From contig CABVDE010000002.1 of the NCBI GenBank assembly GCA_902496945.1, forward strand, positions 6,525 through 70,524: a DNA stretch of 64,000 nt. Direction: 5' to 3'. This stretch comes from an uncultured Collinsella sp. Its GTDB lineage: Bacteria > Actinomycetota > Coriobacteriia > Coriobacteriales > Coriobacteriaceae. Positions within the stretch are counted from its first letter, which is position 1; the number at the start of each line of letters is the position of its first letter. The notes below the pieces were generated by a model. The model saw only the letters and a program-made list of their open reading frames with translations, ran no database searches and was not told the origin of the DNA. Positions 9,848 to 19,908 of the stretch are shown here, one piece after another. The position numbers were made by a program, and so were the translations under genes.

Positions 9848-12679
9848 CTACTCCCCTAGCAGCGCTTTCTCCGGCGTGATGGGCAGCGAGCGGACCTGGT
9901 GGCCGGTGGCGTGCGCGACGGCCGAGGCCACGGCGGCGAGCGGCGTGTTGATGACGACCTCGCCGATCGACTTGGCGCCAAACGGGCCCGTCGGCTCGTA
10001 GCTCGGCTCAAAGGCCACGCGAATGCTGCCGATGTCCAGGCGCGTGGGCAGCTTGTAGCTCATAAAGTTGCCGGTGCGCAGGCGGCCGCGGTCGTCATGC
10101 TCCACGATCTCGTAGAGCGCGTGGCCGATACCCTGGGCAATGCCGCCCTCGGCCTGGACGCGCGCGAGCGCCTCGTTGATCACGGTGCCGCAGTCCACAG
10201 CCGCCGCGTAGTCCACCACGGTCACCTTGCCGGTGGCCTTGTCGACCTCGACCTCGGCAATGCCGGCCATAAACGGCGGAGGCGAAACGGGCAGGCAGGC
10301 AGAGGCGTGCGAGGTTAGCGCGTCGCCGCCCGCAATGTTCTTGACGCACAGGTTGGCAAAGTCGCGCAGCGTCAGATAGCGGCCACACTCACGAGCGGCG
10401 CGCTCGTCGGCCAAGCGCACGTACTGGCCATCAAAGACCACGTCGGCGGCATCCACGTCCCACATCTGGGCGGCCTTGGCGCACATCTTGCCGCGCAGCT
10501 CGGTCGCGGCGTTCTTGGCAGCCAGGCCCGTCACGTACGTACCGGAGCTCGCGTACGAGCCGGCGTCGAACGGCGACACGTCGGTGTCCACGCCGCGCAC
10601 CACGATCAGCGAGCTCTCCACGCCCAGCTCCTCGGCGGCAATCTGCGCCAGGATGGTATCGACACCCATGCCGTTATCGGTGGCGCCGGTGCCGATGGTA
10701 ATGAAGCCGTCCTCTTCCAGGCGCATGTCGATGCCGGCGATGTCCACGTTGGAGATGCCCGAGCCCTGCATAGTGAGCGCGCAGCCCAGGGCGCGCACGC
10801 GGTCGCCCAGGTCCATGGCCAGCGGCTTGTCGCGCCAACCGATCATGTCCATCGCGCGCAGCAGGCAGCGGTCGAGCGCGCAGGCGTTGAGCTTTTCGTT
10901 GTAGTACTGCGGCATGACCTCGCCCTCGCGCACAATGTTCTTAAGGCGCAGGTCGGCGGGGTCCATGTGCAGCATGTCGGCGAGCTCGTTGACGGCGCTC
11001 TCCACGGCAAACTGGCCCTGGGTGGCACCGTAGCCGCGATACGCACCGCCACGGTTGGTATTGGTGTAGACGGCGTCCCAGCTAAAGCGGCTCGCCTTCA
11101 CGTGGTTGTAGATGGGCAGGCTCTTGTGGCCCGAAAGGCCGATCGTCGTGGTGGCATGCTCGCCATAGGCGCCGGCGTTGGACAGCGTATGCAGGTCGAT
11201 GGCCGTGATGGTGCCGTCGTTCATGGCGCCCAGCTTAACGGTCATCTGCATCTGGTGGCGCGAGTTGCCGGCGGTGATGGTCTCCTCACGGGTGTAGCAG
11301 CAATAGCTCGGACGGCCGGTCTGCTGGGTGACGAACGCCACGAAGATCTCGCAGCAGCCCGTCTGCTTGGAGCCAAAGCCGCCGCCGATGCGCGGCTTAA
11401 TGACCTGCACCTGCGACTGAGGAATGTCAAGCGACTGCGCGACCATGCGGCGCACGTGGAAGGGCACCTGCGTAGAGGTGGTCACCGAGATGCGGCCGAA
11501 GGCGTCGGTCGTCGCGAAGGCGCGGAAGGTTTCCATGGGCGCGGTCTGCGTGGCCTGGCTGGTGTAGGTGCGCTCAAAGACGATGTCGCTCTGGGCGAAG
11601 GCCTCGTCCAGGTCGCCAAAATCGCTGGTACCGCTGCACACCAGGTTGCGCGGCACGTCGCCGCCCTGCGGGAACATAAAGGTCACGTCGCCCTCGGGGT
11701 GCACCACGATGTCGTTATCGAGCGCCTGGGTAAAGTCGAGCAGGGGCTCGAGCACCTCATAGTCGACCTTGATGAGCTTGAGCGCCTTGTCGGCGGCCTC
11801 CTCGGTCTCGGCGGCGACGATCGCCACCTCCTCGTTTTGGTAGCGCACGAGGTTCTCGAGAATCAGGCGGTCGTAGGGACTCGGCTGCGGGTAGCTCTGG
11901 CCGGCGATGGTAAAGCGGCGCTTGGGCACGTCCTCATAGGTGTAGACGCCCACGACGCCCGGCACCTTCAGCGCGCGAGACGTATCGATGGAGCGGATCT
12001 TGGCGCGGGCATAGGGGCTGCGCTTGAGCTTAACGATGAGCGCGCCGGCGGGCACTAGGTCACCCGTGTAGACGGGACGGCCCTCGAGCAGGGCCTTCGA
12101 GTCCTTCTTGGGCTGCTTGTGAGTGATCTGCTTGTACGTGACGCCGTCACAGCTTGTGTCGTTGACCGGCAGCTCGGGCATCTCAAAGCCCACCTGTACG
12201 CCGGACTCGTTGAGGAAGCGAACGATGGCGCGCAGCTGGCTCTCGTAGCCGCTGCAGCGGCACAGGTTGCCGGCGAGCTGGCGCGAGAGCTCCTCGCGCG
12301 TGGCGACGAGGCCCGGGTCCTCCTTGGCGGCGCGGGCTAGCGCCAGCACGTTCATGATGAGGCCGGGGGCGCAAAAACCGCACTGCTCGGCGCCTTCGGC
12401 AGCCATCGCGCGGGCGAGCGCCTCGGACTCGGCCTTGAGGCCCTCGAGCGTGGTGATGGTGTGGCCCTCAACACGGGCGGCGGGAACCGAGCAGCTCAGC
12501 ACCGGGTCTCCATCGAGCCACACCGTGCACAGGCCGCAGTTGGTGGTCTCGCAGGCGCAGCGCACCGACGCGCAGCCCTGCTCGCGCAACAGCGCAAAGA
12601 GCATGGTGTCGGGGGCGATCTGAACCTTGACCTTGCGGCCGTTGAGCGTAAAGGAAAGATCGATGAGTTTGGCAGCCAT
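9848..12679 (-). CDS. Xanthine dehydrogenase-family molybdoenzyme with fused [2Fe-2S] and Mo-binding domains (XdhD-like)
   Basis: N-terminal C..C..CGLC, QCGFCAPG and GNLCRCSGY Fe-S motifs, then IGGGFGSK, AYRGYG, GGIAQGIG, GAKSIGE. Confidence 0.85.
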   Translation of the reverse strand: MAAKLIDLSFTLNGRKVKVQIAPDTMLFALLREQGCASVRCACETTNCGLCTVWLDGDPVLSCSVPAARVEGHTITTLEGLKAESEALARAMAAEGAEQCGFCAPGLIMNVLALARAAKEDPGLVATREELSRQLAGNLCRCSGYESQLRAIVRFLNESGVQVGFEMPELPVNDTSCDGVTYKQITHKQPKKDSKALLEGRPVYTGDLVPAGALIVKLKRSPYARAKIRSIDTSRALKVPGVVGVYTYEDVPKRRFTIAGQSYPQPSPYDRLILENLVRYQNEEVAIVAAETEEAADKALKLIKVDYEVLEPLLDFTQALDNDIVVHPEGDVTFMFPQGGDVPRNLVCSGTSDFGDLDEAFAQSDIVFERTYTSQATQTAPMETFRAFATTDAFGRISVTTSTQVPFHVRRMVAQSLDIPQSQVQVIKPRIGGGFGSKQTGCCEIFVAFVTQQTGRPSYCCYTREETITAGNSRHQMQMTVKLGAMNDGTITAIDLHTLSNAGAYGEHATTTIGLSGHKSLPIYNHVKASRFSWDAVYTNTNRGGAYRGYGATQGQFAVESAVNELADMLHMDPADLRLKNIVREGEVMPQYYNEKLNACALDRCLLRAMDMIGWRDKPLAMDLGDRVRALGCALTMQGSGISNVDIAGIDMRLEEDGFITIGTGATDNGMGVDTILAQIAAEELGVESSLIVVRGVDTDVSPFDAGSYASSGTYVTGLAAKNAATELRGKMCAKAAQMWDVDAADVVFDGQYVRLADERAARECGRYLTLRDFANLCVKNIAGGDALTSHASACLPVSPPPFMAGIAEVEVDKATGKVTVVDYAAAVDCGTVINEALARVQAEGGIAQGIGHALYEIVEHDDRGRLRTGNFMSYKLPTRLDIGSIRVAFEPSYEPTGPFGAKSIGEVVINTPLAAVASAVAHATGHQVRSLPITPEKALLGE

Positions 12680-13593
12680 TAGCGCACCTCGCTAGAATCG
12701 ACGCCGGGCACGCGGCGACAGGAATACTCGTCCGTGGCAAACTTAGGAATCTGCACGCACTCGAGCTCGTGGGCAAGCGCGGCCGAAAGCTCGATGCCGG
12801 CGGCGCGACTCACAGCCTGAATCGCCAGAGGGGCCGAGATACGGCGGCGGTAGTCGGCCGAGCCCCACAGGTTGGTGCCGTAGCTCAGGGCGCGCACGGA
12901 TGCGGCAAGGGCACGAAGCTCGTTCTCGGAAGGCTGCTCGCTGGTAAGGCCGCACACCTCGCCCTGCAGCAGGGTCGCGCGCAGCGGACGGGCGCCCACG
13001 GTGACATGCCAGGTGTTGTCCCACCAGGCGGCGGTGACGTTGAGCGAGGGAAAGTCGGTCGCAGCCTTGCGCAAGGCCTCGTAGCTCGCGCGGTAGTCGT
13101 GCTTAGCGACCACCACGTGCTCGATCACGTCACGCACGTAGCCCATGTCGACGAATTCGGCGAGAGGCACGCGGCCGGCGCCCGTCAGCTCAACATAGGA
13201 ATCGAGCGCGAGGAAAGCGGAGAGAACGTCCGAGAAACCGAAGCGGCCGTAGATGCTGCCGCCCACCGTGGCGGTGTTGCGCAGCTGCACGCCCACGATG
13301 TCGTGAACGGCGTACTCAAAGACATTGTTGACAAGCGCGTTGAGCCCGGCATGGCGCTCGAGCTGGCGCAGGGTGCACATGGCACCGATGCGAAACTCGG
13401 TCTCGGTCTCCTCGATCTGATCGAGCCCGCAGGCCGAAAGGTCAATCGCCGTCGCCACGCGACGCGAACCCAGGCGCATCCAGATGCCGCCGCCCACAAT
13501 CTTGTTGTTGCGGTTCTTCTGCAAGAGCTCATAGGCTTCGGCCGCGGTTCCAACACGGACGTAGGTACCGAACTTGAGCACGTTCTCCCCCAT
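12679..13593 (-). CDS. Molybdoenzyme FAD-binding subunit (YgfM/XdhB-like)
   Basis: IVGGG, IGAMCTL, QLRNTATVGG; stop overlaps the start of the Mo subunit; start could be GTG at 13581. Confidence 0.85.
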   Translation of the reverse strand: MGENVLKFGTYVRVGTAAEAYELLQKNRNNKIVGGGIWMRLGSRRVATAIDLSACGLDQIEETETEFRIGAMCTLRQLERHAGLNALVNNVFEYAVHDIVGVQLRNTATVGGSIYGRFGFSDVLSAFLALDSYVELTGAGRVPLAEFVDMGYVRDVIEHVVVAKHDYRASYEALRKAATDFPSLNVTAAWWDNTWHVTVGARPLRATLLQGEVCGLTSEQPSENELRALAASVRALSYGTNLWGSADYRRRISAPLAIQAVSRAAGIELSAALAHELECVQIPKFATDEYSCRRVPGVDSSEVR

Positions 13594-13656
13594 CTCTTCA
13601 CTTGTCCAGTACCTTTAAGTGTACCAAACGAGGAGGCACAACCCTCACCACCACAG

Positions 13657-13690
13657 AAAAAGGCTCCCAGCCGCGATGACTGGGAGCCTT
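13657..13690 (-). terminator. Rho-independent terminator of gdhA
   Basis: AAGGCTCCCAG / CTGGGAGCCTT arms with a T-tract on the minus strand. Confidence 0.75.
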
Positions 13691-13715
13691 ATCAATGCTA
13701 TGTCAGGCAGAAGAT

Positions 13716-15071
13716 TTAGCAGACGCCCTGGGCGAGCATGGCGTCGGCGACCTTCAGGAAGCCGGCGATGTTGGCGCCCATGACGAAGTTGCCCTCCTCG
13801 CCGTACTCCTTGGCGGTGTCGTCCACGTTGTGGAACATGCCGCGCATGAGCTGCTCAAGCTTGCCGTCGACCTCCTCGAAGGTCCAGGACAGGTGCTCGG
13901 CGTTCTGGCTCATCTCCAGGCCGGACACGAGCACGCCGCCGGCGTTGGCAGCCTTACCGGGCATAAAGGCGACGCCGTTCTCCTGGAAGTAGGTCGTGGC
14001 CTCGATGGTCGTGGGCATGTTCGCGCCCTCGCCAACCACCTTGCAGCCGTTGGCGACAAGCGCCTGGGCGTCCTCGAGCAGCAGCGTGTTCTCACGAGCG
14101 CAGGGCAGCGCGATGTCGCAGGGCAGCTGCCACACGCCACGGCCGTCGCCCTCGTGCCACACGGCATTGGGCTTCTCGTCGACGTACAGAGCAAGCGTGA
14201 CGCCCTTGTCGTGGCCGGAGCGCTTCTTGTTGTAGACATGCTCGAGCACGGTGTAGTCGATGCCGTCGGGATCCTCGACCCAGCCGTGGGTGTCGGAGCA
14301 GGCCAGCACCTTGCCGCCGAGCTGGGCGACCTTCTGGACCGCGTAGATGGCGACGTTACCGGAGCCGTGAACGACGACGTTCTTGCCCTCGAAGGAGTCG
14401 CCGCGGCTCTTGAGGTACTCGTCCACAAAGTAGACCAGGCCGTAGCCGGTGGCCTCGGTACGGGCGAGCGAGCCGCCAAAGGAGAGGCCCTTGCCGGTGA
14501 GAACGCCGGTCCACTCGTTGGTCAGGCGCTTGTACTGACCGAACATGTAGGCAACCTCGCGGCCGCCAACGCCCAGATCGCCGGCGGGAACGTCGGTATT
14601 GGGGCCGATGTGGCGGTAGAGCTCGGTCATGAAGGACTGGCAGAAGTGCATAATCTCGTTGTTGGACTTTCCCTTGGGATCAAAGTCGGAGCCGCCCTTG
14701 CCGCCGCCCATGGGAAGGGTGGTCAGGCTGTTCTTAAGGATCTGCTCCAGACCCAGGAACTTGAGCATGCCCAGGGTAACCGTCGGGTTAAAGCGCAGAC
14801 CGCCCTTGTAAGGTCCAATGGCAGAGTTGAACTCGACGCGGTAACCGCGGTTGACCTGGACCTTGCCCTGGTCGTCGACCCAAGGAACACGGAACATAAC
14901 GATGCGCTCGGGCTCGACGAGGCGCTCCAGCAGGGCGGCCTCCTCATACTCGGGGTGGGCGTCGAGCGCCGGCTGGATGGTGCCGAGGATCTCGGTCGCG
15001 GCCTGGATGAACTCAGGCTGCTCGGGATAGCGGGCCTTGAGCTCGTCGAGAACTTTCTGCGTGTAGCTCAT
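13716..15071 (-). CDS. gdhA: NADP-specific glutamate dehydrogenase
   Basis: GPYKGGLRF, MGGGKGGSDF, DVPAGD, EATGYG, GSGNVA, PGKAANAGGV; ATG 15071 behind GGAGG. Confidence 0.96.
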   Translation of the reverse strand: MSYTQKVLDELKARYPEQPEFIQAATEILGTIQPALDAHPEYEEAALLERLVEPERIVMFRVPWVDDQGKVQVNRGYRVEFNSAIGPYKGGLRFNPTVTLGMLKFLGLEQILKNSLTTLPMGGGKGGSDFDPKGKSNNEIMHFCQSFMTELYRHIGPNTDVPAGDLGVGGREVAYMFGQYKRLTNEWTGVLTGKGLSFGGSLARTEATGYGLVYFVDEYLKSRGDSFEGKNVVVHGSGNVAIYAVQKVAQLGGKVLACSDTHGWVEDPDGIDYTVLEHVYNKKRSGHDKGVTLALYVDEKPNAVWHEGDGRGVWQLPCDIALPCARENTLLLEDAQALVANGCKVVGEGANMPTTIEATTYFQENGVAFMPGKAANAGGVLVSGLEMSQNAEHLSWTFEEVDGKLEQLMRGMFHNVDDTAKEYGEEGNFVMGANIAGFLKVADAMLAQGVC

Positions 15072-15280
15072 GCTTCCTCCAATTGATGGAAAAGAAAGGT
15101 GTCGTTCGCGGCGCCCCATGCGCCGTGAGCTTTATCGAGTATGGATAATATCGCACTGTTGCAGCAAAGTTACGTATAAGCCTAAGAGCGGATGTTTCGT
15201 TTTGATTACGATGCAGGTAGAGGCGTTTTTGAGCACCTGACGTGCAAAATCCGTGTTTCGAGGCTGTTTCCCACACGTTT

Positions 15281-15316
15281 CAAAACCACCACAAAGGCAC
15301 CCTTGTGGTGGTTTTG
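15281..15316 (-). terminator. Hairpin after selC, probable terminator
   Basis: CAAAACCACCACAA..TTGTGGTGGTTTTG inverted repeat directly 3' of tRNA-Sec. Confidence 0.7.
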
Positions 15317-15327
15317 GTGAGGCAAGT

Positions 15328-15424
15328 TGGCGGGAACGTATGTGAATCGAACACATCCAAGACGTTTTGCACGCCTCGCAACGGTTTTGAGGACCGCGGG
15401 GCCCACCGGAGCCCATCCGTTCCC
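15328..15424 (-). tRNA. selC: tRNA-Sec (anticodon TCA)
   Basis: 97 nt; 8/5 acceptor/T layout, 6-bp D stem with CGGT loop, anticodon loop CCTCAAA, long variable arm, G73-CCA; directly downstream of selB. Confidence 0.92.
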
Positions 15425-15461
15425 AAGTGCGGCGATATTTTACCAAACGTCATCGACCGGG

Positions 15462-17423
15462 CTACCGCAAGAAGCGCAAGCCCTCGTCTTTGTCGAGTCG
15501 CGTAAACCGAACGGAATCCAGGTACTCTAAGATGCTGATGGTCCGCTTACGTGACACGCCCAGGGCCTCGCGCAACGCACTCGTGGTGGCAGCGCCACCG
15601 GCAGCTTCAATCGTAGCAGCAACAAGCTCACGCGCATGGGCCTCGGAGGCAGCGGACAAGGCAACGTCGCGCTCGACCTTAACGATCGAGCGGTTGAGCG
15701 AAAGCTCGCACAGGGCACGCGCCATGGGGTCGCGATCGAGCTGCAGGCGCTCGCCCACCTCAGGCAACGTTGGCGCATCAAGACCCGCCTCGTCCAGCAG
15801 AGCCACGATACGCTGGCTTGCCTCGCGCACCACACGTATCGCCGCGGCGGCGGAGTGCGGGTCGAATACCTCGGCACCGTCAACAGCGCACACGCCGCGT
15901 GCACGAGCCTCGGCAATAAGCGCCATCACGACATCGTCGTCGGCGCCCGGCCAAGCCACGTGCGCAAGGGCGCCGGGCGTAAAGCCGGTCTCCTTGGGGG
16001 CCGCCGCGTGCATAGCAGACAGGGTGGCAGCCAGCACATCCATCGCAGCATCGAGAGCCGAGGTATCTACGTAGAACGCCGTATCGCCCGCAGTAAGCTC
16101 GCGCACGTCAGCCTGGGCGACAAGCCCCCGCAGAACGGCGTCGGCCTCGCTAATGGCAAGATCAAGCGCCGTGGCGACATCGGCGGCGGCAACAGGCAGC
16201 AACTGCAGCGCCAGCCACGCACCAACCCCATCCGCGACATCGCCGGTCTCAAGCGCCGCATACAGCGCTCGCTCCCCCGCCGACAGGGACCTCGCGCGGC
16301 GACAACGCGAAAGCAGGACGCGTCCGCCGCCAAGCAGCGAAATCGGAGAATACGACAGGACCACAGCATGATCGCCGGCACGCAACGGCAACGGCCGCTC
16401 CAGGCGCACCTGAACCACACGCGTCTCGCCGACCGCCACGGGAACCTCGCCCTCCATGAGCATAATGCGGCCGAGCACCTCGGCCGTGCCGGCCATGACA
16501 TGCACGCGCGTGCCCGAAGCAAGAACGCCGGGTCGCGCACCGTCGCGCCCCATATATGTAAGCTGCATCACAAAGCGCAGCGTCTGGCCCACACAGCCCT
16601 CAACACCGAGCATCTCGCCGCGCTTGAGGCCCGCCACGCCATAGCCCACCAAGTTCAGGGCAACACGCTGACCGGGGACCGCACGCTGAGTATCCCCGTG
16701 AACCTGAATCCCGCGCACGCGGCAGCGCGTTTGCGACGGCAGCGCAACGAGCTCATCGCCCACCGATACGGGCCCGTCGTGCAGCGTGCCCGTCACGACA
16801 GTTCCGGTGCCCTTGATGCTAAAGCTGCGGTCGATGGGGAGACGAGGCGCGGCGCCCAAGCCCGCAGTCGCCTCCTGTCGCTCCGACCAACACGAGCAAA
16901 CCGCATCGTCGAGCACCGCGAGCAGCTCGCCCAGGCCCTCGCCCGTCTTGGAGGACACCGGCACGATCGGAGACCCTGCAAACACAGTCCCCTCAAGAAA
17001 TGCCTCGATATCGAGCTCTGCCAGCATGGCGATCTCGTCATCGACCAGATCGCGCATCGTGAGCGCGACGACCATGCGCGTCACGCCCAAAAGCTCCAGC
17101 ACGCGAACGTGCTCGCGGGTCTGCGGCATCACGCCCTCAACGGCAGAAACCACCAACAGCGCAACGTCCACACCGGTGGCACCCTGCACCATGGCGCGCA
17201 GGTAATGCGCATGTCCAGGCACGTCGACCAAGCCGACGAGCTTGCCGTTGGGAAGCGCAAGCTCGCCAAACCCGAGCTCCGTGGTCATGCCGCGGCGCCG
17301 CTCGACCTCCAGACGGTCGGGATTTTTGCCGGTCAGCGCCTCGATAAGGGCCGATTTACCGTGGTCGACGTGTCCCGCGGTTCCAACGACAACGGGACAT
17401 TCGACGCGCTCACGTGCAGTCAT
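15462..17423 (-). CDS. selB: Selenocysteine-specific elongation factor
   Basis: GTAGHVDHGKS, RRGMTTELGF, DVPGH, C-terminal winged helix LGVSRK..LEYLD; ATG 17423 overlaps the selA stop. Confidence 0.93.
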   Translation of the reverse strand: MTARERVECPVVVGTAGHVDHGKSALIEALTGKNPDRLEVERRRGMTTELGFGELALPNGKLVGLVDVPGHAHYLRAMVQGATGVDVALLVVSAVEGVMPQTREHVRVLELLGVTRMVVALTMRDLVDDEIAMLAELDIEAFLEGTVFAGSPIVPVSSKTGEGLGELLAVLDDAVCSCWSERQEATAGLGAAPRLPIDRSFSIKGTGTVVTGTLHDGPVSVGDELVALPSQTRCRVRGIQVHGDTQRAVPGQRVALNLVGYGVAGLKRGEMLGVEGCVGQTLRFVMQLTYMGRDGARPGVLASGTRVHVMAGTAEVLGRIMLMEGEVPVAVGETRVVQVRLERPLPLRAGDHAVVLSYSPISLLGGGRVLLSRCRRARSLSAGERALYAALETGDVADGVGAWLALQLLPVAAADVATALDLAISEADAVLRGLVAQADVRELTAGDTAFYVDTSALDAAMDVLAATLSAMHAAAPKETGFTPGALAHVAWPGADDDVVMALIAEARARGVCAVDGAEVFDPHSAAAAIRVVREASQRIVALLDEAGLDAPTLPEVGERLQLDRDPMARALCELSLNRSIVKVERDVALSAASEAHARELVAATIEAAGGAATTSALREALGVSRKRTISILEYLDSVRFTRLDKDEGLRFLR

Positions 17424-18877
17424 CGATTCAAACCCACGCGAACGGCCTCCGCCAACGCCGCCGCACACAAATCGAGATCGGTGTCACGCAACAGCGTGCG
17501 GACGTCAAGTAGCACCTGGTCGTGCTGTACGCGCGTCACGACCGGCGTATCGGGTTCCTGTACCATGGCACGCTTTAGACCATCGGCAGACAGGTGTCCA
17601 TCGACAGGACGGACGGCGACGCAAAACGTCGGGAGCTCAACGGTCGGCAGCGACCCGCCGCCGGGGGCAGAAACGCCCTCGACAACCTGCAGCTCCACCG
17701 CTTCCTCGCACTGAGCGTCGCGCAGCTTGCGCAGCATGCGGTCGCGCAGACGCTTGGCTTGACGCTCGAGCGGGGCCAAAGCGCTACCAAGCATATTAAG
17801 CACCGGAATCTCACGATGCGCCGTCTCGGGACCGGTCACATACAGGCGCAGGGTGGCCTCGAGCGCCGCGAGCGTGAGCTTGCCGGGGCGAAGCGCGCGC
17901 ATGAGCGGATGCGAGGCACAGGCGGCAATCGCCTCGGCGCTGCCAAGGATAATGCCCGCCTGCGAACCACCGAGCAGCTTGTCACCCGAGCACGAAACCA
18001 CGCCCACGCCGGCGTCAAGCGAAGCAGCCGTGGGCGCCTCCCCCGCATCGGCGAGCACGCCATCTGTAAGCAAAGCGCCCGAGCCCTGGTCCTCGTACAG
18101 CAAAAGCCCATGCTCATGCGCCAGCGCAGAAAGCTCTGCCGCAGAAACCTCCTCATGGAAGCCCTCGATACGGTAGTTGGAAGGATGGACCTTAAGGATC
18201 ATCGCCGTGTTGGGCGTAATGGCGCTCCGATAATCGTCCAGATGCGTGCGGTTAGTAGAGCCCACCTCGACGAGCTTGGCGCCCGAAGCCGCCATGATAT
18301 CGGGAATGCGGAAGCTGCCACCCACCTCGACAAGCTCGCCGCGGCTCACGATGACCTCTTTGCCGCACGCATGCGCAGCAAGTACCAGCAGCACCGCTGC
18401 GGCGTTGTTGTTGACGACCAGGGCATCCTGCGCTCCCGTGAGCGTGCGCAGCAGACGCGCGGCATGCTCCTTGCGGCCTCCGCGAGCGCAAGTCGCGACA
18501 TCGTATTCGAGCGTGCTGTAGCTGCGGGCGACGTCGGTCACCGCCTGCACCGCCGCGGGAGCGAGCGGGGCACGGCCCAGGTTGGTGTGAATCACAACGC
18601 CCGTCGCGTTGACGGCGGGGCGCAGGGTCGGCAGCGACAGACGGTGGGTCCGCCGTTCAATGGCCAAGGCGAGCTCGCGTTTGTTTCTTGCGGGCGCGCC
18701 GGAGCGAATCGCCGCGCGCTCGGCATCGAGCTCGACAGCGACGGCCTCGCGCACCATCGTGTCGCCTGCGTCGCCGGCGGCCTTCATGACCGGCCACTCG
18801 GCCAGCAGCTCATGTACCGCGGGAATTGAGCGCAGACGGTCGCGCACCTCGGCAGGCATGGATTCGCAGTCGCTCAT
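17420..18877 (-). CDS. selA: L-seryl-tRNA(Sec) selenium transferase
   Basis: VNATGVVIHTNLGRAPL, VNNNAAA, SRGELVEVGGSFRIP, KVHPSNY, SGDKLLGG (PLP Lys). Confidence 0.96.
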   Translation of the reverse strand: MSDCESMPAEVRDRLRSIPAVHELLAEWPVMKAAGDAGDTMVREAVAVELDAERAAIRSGAPARNKRELALAIERRTHRLSLPTLRPAVNATGVVIHTNLGRAPLAPAAVQAVTDVARSYSTLEYDVATCARGGRKEHAARLLRTLTGAQDALVVNNNAAAVLLVLAAHACGKEVIVSRGELVEVGGSFRIPDIMAASGAKLVEVGSTNRTHLDDYRSAITPNTAMILKVHPSNYRIEGFHEEVSAAELSALAHEHGLLLYEDQGSGALLTDGVLADAGEAPTAASLDAGVGVVSCSGDKLLGGSQAGIILGSAEAIAACASHPLMRALRPGKLTLAALEATLRLYVTGPETAHREIPVLNMLGSALAPLERQAKRLRDRMLRKLRDAQCEEAVELQVVEGVSAPGGGSLPTVELPTFCVAVRPVDGHLSADGLKRAMVQEPDTPVVTRVQHDQVLLDVRTLLRDTDLDLCAAALAEAVRVGLNR

Positions 18878-18958
18878 AGGGAGCCTTTCGACATGTTCAA
18901 TAAAAAAGCAGGTCCCTCTTGAGAGTCATCAGCCAAAAATGGCGACGCGCATGCAAAA

Positions 18959-19037
18959 AGGGACAGGTCCATTATGGCAGCTCATGGCAAGACGGCGCAG
19001 CGCCTCGTCCAAAACCTGCCAAAATAAACCTGTCCCT
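18959..19037. repeat. Imperfect inverted repeat with GGGAC/GTCCC ends (REP-like doublet)
   Basis: AGGGACAGGTCCATTATGGCAG ... CTGCCAAAATAAACCTGTCCCT. Confidence 0.6.
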
Positions 19038-19062
19038 ATTTGGTCGGTTATGGCTTGGGTCC

Positions 19063-19908
19063 TTAGGCCTCTTTTTTGGCGTAGATGTACCAGTAGCCCA
19101 GCGCCACGATCGCAGCACCGCCCACGATATTGCCCAGCGTGGCGACCGAAAGGTTAAACGCCAACCCGGCGGCATCGAGAGCATCGGCGCCGGCGACGTC
19201 CACGCCATAGCCGCAGGAGTGCATCAAAATGCCCATGGGCAAAAAGTACATGTTGGCAACGCAGTGCTCAAAACCGCAGGCAACAAAGGCGGAGATGGGC
19301 AGCAGAATGCCCACGACTTTGTCGACCACGGTTTTGCCGGCGGTACCGATACATACGGCCAGGCACACAAAGATGTTGCACAGAATGCCGCGGAAGAAGA
19401 TGGTGACGGCGTCGATCGAAACCTTACCGGCGGCGACACTCACCATGGTATTGGCGACGGCCTCGCCGTTGAGTTTATAGATGGCTGCCATGTACACCAA
19501 AAAGACGACGAACAGCGCCCCGACAAAGTTGCCGACCCAAACAATGGCCCATGCCTTGAGCATCTGTACGAGCGTGATCTTTTTGCTCTTGATCGCGCAG
19601 ACCATAAGCGAGTTGCCGGTAAAGAGCTCGGCGCCGCAAATGAGCACGAGCACCAGACCCAGGCAAAAGCATAGGCCGCCCACGAAGCGCTGGGCGCCCC
19701 AACCAAGGGTCGCATCGCTCAGAAAGACCGTGAAGAACAGGCCACCGAAGGCGATAAACGCGCCGGCGAACATGGCCAGCAGAAAGGCCTTCGCAATCGG
19801 CAGATTTGCCTTGGTCACGCCGGCAGCCTCGGTCTTCGCCTCGATCGCGGCGGGCGCCAGGCAATCGGGCGCGGGATATTGTGCCTTGCTCTCTGCCATG
19901 TCAATCAC
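19063..19908 (-). CDS. Formate/nitrite transporter (FNT family)
   Basis: AGAFIAFG, GAELFTGN, GILCNIFVCLA, FVACGFEHCVANM, TLGNIVGG; start may be ATG 19899. Confidence 0.92.
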   Translation of the reverse strand: MIDMAESKAQYPAPDCLAPAAIEAKTEAAGVTKANLPIAKAFLLAMFAGAFIAFGGLFFTVFLSDATLGWGAQRFVGGLCFCLGLVLVLICGAELFTGNSLMVCAIKSKKITLVQMLKAWAIVWVGNFVGALFVVFLVYMAAIYKLNGEAVANTMVSVAAGKVSIDAVTIFFRGILCNIFVCLAVCIGTAGKTVVDKVVGILLPISAFVACGFEHCVANMYFLPMGILMHSCGYGVDVAGADALDAAGLAFNLSVATLGNIVGGAAIVALGYWYIYAKKEA

